Source: an archaeon | Lineage (GTDB): Archaea; Aenigmatarchaeota; Aenigmatarchaeia; GW2011-AR5 | Length of the DNA: 64,000 bases | Reading direction: 5' to 3' | Assembly (NCBI GenBank): GCA_028279825.1 | Contig: JANQNA010000007.1 | Location: forward strand, 89,409 to 153,408 | Part shown: piece by piece, positions 55,606-62,119 of the stretch | Layout of the letters: every line of letters starts with the position of its first letter | Position numbering within the stretch: position 1 is the stretch's first letter | Notes under the pieces: model-generated | Seen by the model: the letters and a program-made list of their open reading frames with translations, nothing else | Databases searched by the model: none | Told to the model about the DNA's origin: nothing | Program-made: the position numbers and the translations under genes

Positions 55606-56388
55606 ATGGTTGCTATGCCTATGGCGACATTTGATAGTATAATGAGGGAGCTCTTGCCACCAGAGAGGTTTGTATTATACGGTAGCGTCCTTTCTGAAGA
55701 AGTAAGACATGGAGGAGATTACTATGTCAGAAGTCCAAAACATGGAGTATTCGTGAAGGTTAGTTCGTTGCCATACAGAACTGTCAGAGAACATAATGAT
55801 TACGGAATTTGGGACAGATTAGATGCGTTAAGAAATGCCCCGTTTTACAGAATGGCCATAACAGACGAAAGTCTTCCTGCTGGTATTGAGGAAGGGCAGC
55901 ATATGATGCTTGACGGGGACCCATTCTTCTGCAGGCAAATGATGATAGCTAGTTTAGGACGTATAGGTTACCATCCTGCCTGCCCGGATCTAAGGGAGGC
56001 TATGCTACATGACCTGGACCCGTATATACGAGGCTGGTCTGCAACAGCCCTTGGAAGAATAGGTGACAAAAGATACACGGGAGATCTAATAGAGGCTGCC
56101 CGTGGCGGCCAGGGAGAAGCAACTGATGCTTTAGGACTAATGAAAGATGAGGCAGCTGTTCCTGCACTCAGAGAAATGCTAGAGGACAGCCAACGGGATC
56201 ATTATCTGGCCAGGTTCACACGCGACTATAGACGCGCAACAATGGCACGAAACAGAATTATGGACATAACAGAAGCACTGAACCGGATAGGAGGCAGTGG
56301 AAAACTTGCTGTGTCAGAAGCCTTAAGCACCGAAGATCCATGGTTAAACTGGTCAGCAGCCAAAGGTGTAGAATATTCAAAGATCTAG
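55606..56388 (+). CDS. HEAT/PBS-lyase-repeat protein
   Basis: 260 aa. Repeats of the …DPYIRGWSATALGRIGD… / …ATDALGLMKDEAAVPALREML… type. About 52-55% G+C in hand-counted lines, higher than its neighbours. Confidence 0.7.
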   Translation: MVAMPMATFDSIMRELLPPERFVLYGSVLSEEVRHGGDYYVRSPKHGVFVKVSSLPYRTVREHNDYGIWDRLDALRNAPFYRMAITDESLPAGIEEGQHMMLDGDPFFCRQMMIASLGRIGYHPACPDLREAMLHDLDPYIRGWSATALGRIGDKRYTGDLIEAARGGQGEATDALGLMKDEAAVPALREMLEDSQRDHYLARFTRDYRRATMARNRIMDITEALNRIGGSGKLAVSEALSTEDPWLNWSAAKGVEYSKI

Positions 56389-57134
56389 AGAATCTTGCCA
56401 TCTGTAAGGCGTTTCCAGTTTCTGTTTGTCTTTTCCTGGACTTTTTCTATGTCTTCTTCCTTGATTGCAAATCTCTTCTGGACGTGGTTGAATATATCTA
56501 CAGGTTCTAATCTGTTAGGCCGCTTTGTAAGGTTGACTGTACCTCTCTCTATCTCGAACAGCGGCCAGAGTCCGGTTTCAACAGCCACACGCCCGACTTC
56601 TATCATGTTTGACGGTTCAAATTCCCAGAATTCAGGGGACGGGCACAAAAGATCTATGAACTTGAAACCCGGTGTTGCTGCCGCTTTTTTTAATTTCGCT
56701 ATATAATCATCAGGGTGTGAAACTGTAGCTGTTGCCAAATATGCAGAACCGGCTACCAGTTCTTTGGAGAAGCTCTTGCCCAGTTTTTCGTCCATGCAGC
56801 TGTATCCCTGGTCGTTTGCACAAACGTACAGGATGTTTTCTGTGGCGTTTATCAAAGAGTTCAAATGTTCGGATGTTGATCCGTCACCTGCAAATACAAC
56901 CACAGTTGTATCTACTTTTGGATCCAGAGATCTTGCTATCCCGCGCGCTACACTCACGGCATTTGTACCTGCGTGCACGAAAGGTATGTTAAGGCCCTTA
57001 AGATCAGAGGAACTGACCAGAATTACGTTGTCTAACGCCTGTAATAATAGCTTCAAACCGAGTGTGCTGCCGCTGTCACTTCCGCCTGAAAATTCGACCT
57101 CTTTAAGCTCGTCTAAATTCACATCCATGGACAT
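56385..57134 (-). CDS. porB: 2-oxoacid:ferredoxin oxidoreductase beta (TPP-binding) subunit, divergent
   Basis: 249 aa. TPP motif VVFAGDGST…ND. Only 3 Cys in the whole protein. The N-terminal CxxC region is replaced by FSGGSDSGST. Confidence 0.65.
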   Translation of the reverse strand: MSMDVNLDELKEVEFSGGSDSGSTLGLKLLLQALDNVILVSSSDLKGLNIPFVHAGTNAVSVARGIARSLDPKVDTTVVVFAGDGSTSEHLNSLINATENILYVCANDQGYSCMDEKLGKSFSKELVAGSAYLATATVSHPDDYIAKLKKAAATPGFKFIDLLCPSPEFWEFEPSNMIEVGRVAVETGLWPLFEIERGTVNLTKRPNRLEPVDIFNHVQKRFAIKEEDIEKVQEKTNRNWKRLTDGKIL

Positions 57135-57178
57135 GGCTATTCCTTAGATTAAATACTTTTTATAGTTATAACCCATTT

Positions 57179-57253
57179 GGTGGCGATGATAAAACCGTCC
57201 CAGTGTGACAAGATTATATCTTGGATGAGCATACGGGTAGCTTTTGAGCCACC
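57179..57253 (+). ncRNA. candidate box C/D-like sRNA
   Basis: Terminal stem GGTGGC/GCCACC. C-like GCGATGA (57183-57189), D'-like GTGA (57205-57208), C'-like GGATGA (57223-57228) and D-like TTGA (57244-57247). Two 15-nt spacers. All boxes are imperfect. Confidence 0.3.
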
Positions 57254-57260
57254 GTTAATA

Positions 57261-57599
57261 CTAAACGAAAACGTCTCTTTGTTTTGAGAGTTCTACACCT
57301 TTTGGTACAAGTGCATATTTTAGAAAGGCTTCTTCTGGCGTTCCTTCAAAAACAAAGAAAACACCGTCACGTTCTACAAACACGTCTTCTTCATATGCTG
57401 TTGCTGTTTTGTGGTCGTGCATGGGACCCATCATACGTGTTATTTCTACACGGTTAGGGCGTCTTGTTACATCTGCAATCCCAGATCTGAAGTATTCAAA
57501 TTTTATTCCGTGGACTGCTGTGCCATAAAAGACAACAGTACCTTCCGAAAAGTCCTGTCCTGCGAATTCTTCAAAAGTAGCGTCTCTTGCTTCTGACAT
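57261..57599 (-). CDS. hypothetical protein
   Basis: 112-aa ORF. No motif recognised. Confidence 0.5.
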   Translation of the reverse strand: MSEARDATFEEFAGQDFSEGTVVFYGTAVHGIKFEYFRSGIADVTRRPNRVEITRMMGPMHDHKTATAYEEDVFVERDGVFFVFEGTPEEAFLKYALVPKGVELSKQRDVFV

Positions 57600-57632
57600 G
57601 GACTAAATATATGAGAAAACTATATATAACGT

Positions 57633-58064
57633 ATGAGAAAAGGAAGACAGATATATGCTGGAAAATACGAAGCAGCGCTAAAGCTCTGGAAAGAGGGCAA
57701 ATCTGTCAAGGAAATAGCAGCGGAGCTGAATGTATCTTACTCGGCTGCATATCACTGGGTGAAGGGGTTGCGTAAGCCGGAGAAGGGCAATGTTAACGAG
57801 TTCTATGATTACATACGTAAAGACGGTCCGCTACCTACGGCCAAAGTGGAAGAGCGGTTTAAAAAACATAATGAATTGTTTCTTATGGCCAACAAACGAG
57901 GGCTTCGCATGAGTAGGCATGTACTGCAGCGCAAATATGGTCCTTATGCTACGTGGTACTATGTTGACGGACAGGAAAAGCTGCTAGAGAAGCGTTTAGA
58001 GCAGCTGCAGGAAACAATAACAAACGTGAAGGATAAGCTAAGATCTAGTATCCTGAATAAATAG
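57633..58064 (+). CDS. helix-turn-helix protein
   Basis: 143 aa. KSVKEIAAELNVSYSAAYHWVKG is an HTH of the type seen in transposase and regulator N-termini. Confidence 0.55.
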   Translation: MRKGRQIYAGKYEAALKLWKEGKSVKEIAAELNVSYSAAYHWVKGLRKPEKGNVNEFYDYIRKDGPLPTAKVEERFKKHNELFLMANKRGLRMSRHVLQRKYGPYATWYYVDGQEKLLEKRLEQLQETITNVKDKLRSSILNK

Positions 58065-58290
58065 AGAATCTGCCATAATTTCTGTAAGGTCTGACATACG
58101 GCTGATAATAGTTGTAACCACCATAATAGCTTCCATAATGATGGCCATAGTGGTGGTAATTACCATAATGATAATTAGAGCCATAATTGTGGTGATAATT
58201 AGAACCGTAATAACCGTAACTTGGATAGCTGGAAAAGAAGAAGAATCCTAACACAAGCAAAATCATGACAAGTTGTAATAAGTTTTTCAT
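58045..58290 (-). CDS. secreted Tyr/His/Gly/Asn-rich low-complexity peptide
   Basis: 81 aa from ATG 58290. Signal/TM MKNLLQLVMILLVLGFFFF, then SYPSYGYYGSNYHHNYGSNYHYGNYHHYGHHYGSYYGGYNYYQPY… Starts 25 nt downstream of the porA stop on the same strand. Confidence 0.5.
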   Translation of the reverse strand: MKNLLQLVMILLVLGFFFFSSYPSYGYYGSNYHHNYGSNYHYGNYHHYGHHYGSYYGGYNYYQPYVRPYRNYGRFSIYSGY

Positions 58291-58315
58291 AACGCCTAAG
58301 ATAAGAGAAATTCTT

Positions 58316-59371
58316 TTAAAGCCATAATACAACATCGTTTTCGGCTTTGTCTACCTTGTCTAAAATGTCATGGAAGTCTTTTTCTGAAGGATACTTTCCC
58401 AGGGAAATGACGGAAGAGCCCTTGATATGACTGCTCAGGACACCTTTTCGGCCTAAAGATACAGCCTGGTCAAAAACCACGACTTTTCTGCCTGTCAAGA
58501 CCTTTAACTCTTCCTCGGGCCAGGGTCTAAAGACCCTTATACGCAGCAAACCAACTTTTCTTCCCTCTTCACGCATTTTCTTCACGGCGGCTTTTGCCGT
58601 TGAGGAGTGGTATCCGGCTATAACAATTACCGTTTCCGCGTCTTCTGTCATAAAGTTCTCTACTAATCCATAAGATCTTCGGAATTTCTGCTTCCATTTT
58701 TCATCAGTTTTCTTTATGATTGTCAGCGCGTTTTCCATTGCCTTCTGCTGCTGAAGTTTTAATTCACTATACTCTTCGGAGAAAATATCATTTACAAGAG
58801 GCTTTTTCATGTCCAGTCTTTTCGGGTTGAATCTTGTCAGCAGGCCTTTTGTGGACTGTTCTGTTGACATCTGTACAACCTCTGTGTAACTTGACGGACC
58901 GTCTATGTTTACTATCACAGGTAACAAAACTTTGCTGTCCTCGGCAATCCTGTAAGCCTGGATTATTGTGTCATGGATTTCCTGGTTGGTTTCAGGGAAG
59001 AACATTAGATAACCTGCATCACGCAGAGCCATTACAGCAGAATGGTCACTCCTTAAACCATGCTGGGATCTTGAGACATTTGCCATTACAAAAGGAAGAC
59101 GCATAAAAGGTGCACTGAATGTCTCATATGCCAGAGGCGAGGAGACCGGAACAAACGTTCTTTTCCCCGCTGTTGCCGTTCCAACAGCGGAAGCCATGAC
59201 AGCACTTACTGATTCTGCCTGGAAAATATCACAGTTGTGAATTTCCCTCAATTTTTTTGTTATGTCAATAGAGAATGGAGCCGGAAAATTAGGAACAGCC
59301 TCTACAAAGGATAGCTTTGCGGCATGTGCAGCCGATTCTGTAGATGATAAAACATTACCTTTCATAATCAT
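58316..59371 (-). CDS. porA: 2-oxoacid:ferredoxin oxidoreductase alpha subunit, divergent
   Basis: 351 aa. POR_N-like layout (GNVLSSTESAAHAAKL…, …AESVSAVMASAVGTATAGKRTF…). Usual blocks are altered: YPITP becomes NFPAPF and ESEHSA becomes AESVSA. Confidence 0.7.
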   Translation of the reverse strand: MIMKGNVLSSTESAAHAAKLSFVEAVPNFPAPFSIDITKKLREIHNCDIFQAESVSAVMASAVGTATAGKRTFVPVSSPLAYETFSAPFMRLPFVMANVSRSQHGLRSDHSAVMALRDAGYLMFFPETNQEIHDTIIQAYRIAEDSKVLLPVIVNIDGPSSYTEVVQMSTEQSTKGLLTRFNPKRLDMKKPLVNDIFSEEYSELKLQQQKAMENALTIIKKTDEKWKQKFRRSYGLVENFMTEDAETVIVIAGYHSSTAKAAVKKMREEGRKVGLLRIRVFRPWPEEELKVLTGRKVVVFDQAVSLGRKGVLSSHIKGSSVISLGKYPSEKDFHDILDKVDKAENDVVLWL

Positions 59372-59649
59372 ACCCTTGGTTCATTTTTTTCCGATTCTTC
59401 TGATATTGCAAAAACAGGACATTCACGCAGGCATATCAGACAGCCTGTGCAACGGTTATAGTCAATAACAGGGAACCCATTTTTGTTCTTGTTTATTGCA
59501 TTGTGGGGGCAAAAAACTATGCAGTTGTAATTCTTTTCACACTTTTTTAAATCTATCTTTGGCTTGTGAACCCTTACAGGCCTGGCTGAAGGCTGCGGTT
59601 GTGATACAGGCAGCCTTTTGTCATCGTATTTTACTTCATTCAGATTCAT
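59368..59649 (-). CDS. porD: 2-oxoacid:ferredoxin oxidoreductase delta subunit (2x Fe-S ferredoxin)
   Basis: 93 aa. The first motif is CEKNYNCIVFCP (CxxNxxCxxxCP, second Cys replaced by Asn). The second motif CTGCLICLRECP is canonical. Confidence 0.8.
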   Translation of the reverse strand: MNLNEVKYDDKRLPVSQPQPSARPVRVHKPKIDLKKCEKNYNCIVFCPHNAINKNKNGFPVIDYNRCTGCLICLRECPVFAISEESEKNEPRV

Positions 59650-60080
59650 TATTTCACACTCTTGTAACCATCATCGAGCATTGTGAAGAAGCTCTTTTCA
59701 AGGCCTTCTGACTCCAAGGAATTCTTGATACTTTTCATGGTTATCTTGCCGAAAACCTTTGGAATCGTGCCAATGACAGGCATGGCAGGCTTATTCAGCT
59801 TAATATGGGTCATCGATATCCCCGTAGCATCAACAAAATAGGACTTTACCTTCTTTGCTTTCAGCTTCGGTGATACAACCTTTGCCGGTGAGTTGAATAC
59901 AGCTATGGAACCTTCACGGAACATCTTTGGATCTGCGATAGAAGGGTCAAATATCATGTAATAATCAGGATCTACATACTCTTTGGACAAAATAGGGGCT
60001 TTTTCAGCCTTTACAATACCCTTTCCGTCTAATACAAAGCTCTGCACGTAAAATCCAGACGCGAAACATGCCTTTGACAA
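59649..60080 (-). CDS. porG: 2-oxoacid:ferredoxin oxidoreductase gamma subunit with unresolved start
   Basis: The track ORF starts at TTG 60080. The in-frame upstream sequence to 60158 encodes …TVTFGLYGKHGQGVEIAVKIL, the conserved G-rich N-terminus of gamma subunits. It contains no ATG, GTG or TTG. Confidence 0.6.
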   Translation of the reverse strand: MSKACFASGFYVQSFVLDGKGIVKAEKAPILSKEYVDPDYYMIFDPSIADPKMFREGSIAVFNSPAKVVSPKLKAKKVKSYFVDATGISMTHIKLNKPAMPVIGTIPKVFGKITMKSIKNSLESEGLEKSFFTMLDDGYKSVK

Positions 60081-60171
60081 GATTTTTACTGCAATTTCAA
60101 CTCCCTGGCCGTGTTTTCCGTACAGTCCAAAAGTTACCGTATTTCCCCACCGAGTAAACTATTATGGTAAA

Positions 60172-60181
60172 TTAATATAAA
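60172..60181 (-). promoter_or_regulatory. TATA box upstream of the por gamma gene
   Basis: The minus strand reads TTTATATTAA, about 14 nt upstream of the open in-frame region that ends at 60158. Confidence 0.35.
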
Positions 60182-60280
60182 GGTATAGCGAAAAATGTGC
60201 GTTTTCAGCAGAAAACACTGCAATAAACTCTATTAACCTACATAAACCCGGAAAAAGAAGTTTTCTGAAAAGAAAAAAAT

Positions 60281-60574
60281 CTAATTTGAAGGCGTTTCTT
60301 CTTCTTCCTCTGTCTCTACGGAAGTTGGTGAGATGTGCTTTATGATGACTACGTCACCCACAGATTGTACCATTGTGAAAGGTACGATCACACCTCTCTT
60401 ATCGCCTACAAGCGATGCAAGAAAAGATCCACGCACTGCGTCTACAACAAGTGATTTTACGCGGAATTTTTCAAGGTCAAGACCTACATCAAGGATCTTA
60501 CCACAATAAGAACCCTTGTGCGTAAATACCTCTTTCCTTGTCATATCAGAAAAGCTCTTTGGTGTTACTGCCAT
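60281..60574 (-). CDS. PRC-barrel domain protein
   Basis: 97 aa. The pattern …GSYCGKILDVGLDLEKFRVKSLVVD…VIVPFTMVQSVGDVVII resembles PRC barrels. Confidence 0.55.
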   Translation of the reverse strand: MAVTPKSFSDMTRKEVFTHKGSYCGKILDVGLDLEKFRVKSLVVDAVRGSFLASLVGDKRGVIVPFTMVQSVGDVVIIKHISPTSVETEEEEETPSN

Positions 60575-60651
60575 TATAATTCCTCCTTTGTCTATTATTG
60601 CCTTCGGAACTTTTAAAGATTGCTTGACTTCCGTTGTAATTGGTGCGTAAT

Positions 60652-60897
60652 TCAGCGAACCATGTCATATGCGGCAAGTGCACTCTCACGTGTTACGTGG
60701 CCTACCATTCTTCCTGGTGTGCCCGCCAACAGGAAGTAATAGCTGGGTTGATTGTTTTGCTGAAGAAGTTCTAAATCCCTGTCAGCCTGTTCCATTGAGC
60801 TAACCAACCCTATACCAAATCCAAACATATTTGGTACGCTGAATGCAATCCCAAGAGACAATGCTATAGGTTTTACAAACCCTCTGTATCCTGGCAT
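60652..60897 (-). CDS. small hypothetical membrane-associated protein
   Basis: 81 aa from ATG 60897. The longer track ORF runs into the tRNA-Cys gene. Confidence 0.4.
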   Translation of the reverse strand: MPGYRGFVKPIALSLGIAFSVPNMFGFGIGLVSSMEQADRDLELLQQNNQPSYYFLLAGTPGRMVGHVTRESALAAYDMVR

Positions 60898-60928
60898 GTG
60901 AATATGATATAAGAAAAATATAAGAAAG

Positions 60929-61032
60929 TGGGTCAGGGCAGAATTGAACTGCCTATCTCCGCCTTGTAAGGGCGGCATTTAGTCGATAGACGGGCTGCAC
61001 CCGTCAGTCTCATACCGGTAGACCACTGACCC
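60929..61032 (-). tRNA. tRNA-Cys (GCA) with a ~30-nt insertion between anticodon arm and T arm
   Basis: Acceptor GGGTCAG/CTGACCC plus A. D arm GTCT…AGAC. Anticodon arm GACGG-GTGCAGC-CCGTC. T arm GGCAG-TTCAATT-CTGCC. 35 nt (TATCGACTAAATGCCGCCCTTACAAGGCGGAGATA) sit where a ~5-nt variable loop is expected. Confidence 0.75.
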
Positions 61033-61033
61033 T

Positions 61034-61348
61034 TTACTGAACAACAACTGCTGTGCCGTAAACCAGGACTTCTGATGCTGCCTGTGCTATCTGCGAGGTT
61101 GTTACTCTGACGCCGACTATTGCGTTTGCGCCTTTCTTCTTTGCCTCTTTTTCCATTCTTTTTATTGCTAACTCTCTTGCCTCTGTAAGCAGTTTTGTAT
61201 ATTCGTCAACTTCTCCGCCTACAATATTCCTGATTCCGGCTACAAGATCTCTTCCGATATTTTTCGCCTTTACTGTGTTACCCTTGACGAGTCCTATTGT
61301 CTTTTTTGTCTTCTTTCCTGCCACAGTTTCTGTGGTTACTATATACAT
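61034..61348 (-). CDS. YbjQ/UPF0145 family protein
   Basis: 104 aa from ATG 61348. MYIVTTETVAGKK…GANAIVGVRVTTSQIA…VLVYGTAVVV is typical for the family. The track extension to 61465 overlaps tRNA-Ser. Confidence 0.8.
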   Translation of the reverse strand: MYIVTTETVAGKKTKKTIGLVKGNTVKAKNIGRDLVAGIRNIVGGEVDEYTKLLTEARELAIKRMEKEAKKKGANAIVGVRVTTSQIAQAASEVLVYGTAVVVQ

Positions 61349-61362
61349 TCTATCACCCTGAG

Positions 61363-61494
61363 CGCTGGGAGAGGGAAATTCCCAGACGACGAATATCGTC
61401 AATCTGTTTTGAACCCACGCTTCCCCGGAGGGAAACAGGTTTAGCAAACCTGCGCCTTTAGCCATTTCCGCTATTCCGTCTCGGCCATCCCAGC
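61363..61494 (-). tRNA. tRNA-Ser (GCU) with insertions in the D loop (~15 nt) and T loop (~31 nt)
   Basis: Acceptor GCTGGGA/TCCCAGC plus G. D arm GCCGAGACGG[AATAGCGGAAATGGC]TAAAGGC. Anticodon arm CAGGT-TTGCTAA-ACCTG. Long variable arm TTTCCCTCCGGGGAAGC. T arm GTGGG-TTCAAA[…31 nt hairpin…]T-CCCTC, with one U-U mismatch. Confidence 0.7.
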
Positions 61495-61587
61495 TTGTGG
61501 TTTGATTGATTTTAGATTTGGATTACATGCTTAAAAACACAACGAAAAACTTATTTTAAAAGGTATACTATGTATTCTTAGCTGAAT

Positions 61588-61678
61588 GCTCCGTTCGTCT
61601 AGCCCGGTCAACTAATACAGACCGTAAGGATCTCGGCCTTTCAAGCCGGTGGCGCGGGTTCAAATCCCGCACGGAGCA
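61588..61678 (+). tRNA. tRNA-Glu (UUC) with a ~16-nt insertion in the D loop
   Basis: Acceptor GCTCCGT/ACGGAGC plus A. D region GTCTAGCCCGGTCAA[CTAATACAGACCGTAA]GGAT. Anticodon arm TCGGC-CTTTCAA-GCCGG. T arm GCGGG-TTCAAAT-CCCGC. Confidence 0.75.
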
Positions 61679-61775
61679 CTTTCGGATTTGAACCTTCGGG
61701 TTCACGTTCGATTGAGCGAAGCTCATCGACGGCTCGAAGAACACAGTTCTTCGCAGCAATCCCGCACGGAGCACT
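61663..61775 (+). repeat. 18-nt direct repeat of the tRNA-Glu 3' end flanking a 77-nt three-hairpin insert
   Basis: AATCCCGCACGGAGCACT occurs at 61663-61680 and 61758-61775. Hairpins between them: TGAACC-TTCG-GGTTCA (61689-61704), TCGATTGAGC-GAA-GCTCATCGA (61708-61729) and CGAAGAAC-ACA-GTTCTTCG (61735-61753). Confidence 0.85.
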
Positions 61776-61808
61776 CATAATTAAAAATAGATGGGAAAGA
61801 AAAAATTA

Positions 61809-62066
61809 CTAAATTAGTTTTTGCCCGTCTTTCAGGATGTGTATAACGTTTACAGGGCAGCTTTCTGCGGCTGTCTTGTTCTTTTCATAATCTTCGTCTT
61901 TGATGTCCAGCTCTTCTTTTATGATTTCACCGCCTTCTTCTGTACGTTTTCCACCCTTTATGTCGGATTTTCCGTCAGGGTCCATTTCCCAGAATTCCGG
62001 TGCTACTGCGGCACATGCTCCACATCCTATACAATTAGGTCTGTCGTGTTCTATCTTGTATGCCAT
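61809..62066 (-). CDS. single-cluster [4Fe-4S] ferredoxin
   Basis: 85 aa. CIGCGAC…CP gives four Cys ligands. Confidence 0.85.
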   Translation of the reverse strand: MAYKIEHDRPNCIGCGACAAVAPEFWEMDPDGKSDIKGGKRTEEGGEIIKEELDIKDEDYEKNKTAAESCPVNVIHILKDGQKLI

Positions 62067-62119
62067 ATCATCACCATCAATACCAAACTTTTAATGTCTT
62101 TGCAGAAAAAGGTTTTGGT

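Noticed and set aside
60898-60978. N-terminal extension of the 60652 ORF
   Set aside because: It overlaps the 3' part of tRNA-Cys. An internal ATG at 60897 gives a non-overlapping gene.
61349-61465. N-terminal 39-codon extension of the YbjQ-like ORF (track start 61465)
   Set aside because: The extension overlaps tRNA-Ser (61363-61494). The family-typical protein starts at MYIVTTE (61348) and has the expected ~104 aa.
61681-61757. Integrated virus or plasmid between the tRNA-Glu direct repeats
   Set aside because: 77 nt cannot encode an integrase or any gene. At most this is a decayed att remnant. The intron and duplicated-3'-half explanations are kept open.
61568-61774. 68-aa minus-strand ORF from the track
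   Set aside because: It lies entirely over tRNA-Glu, the structured insert and the repeated tRNA 3' end. The Arg-rich product is what antisense or GC-rich RNA genes typically yield.
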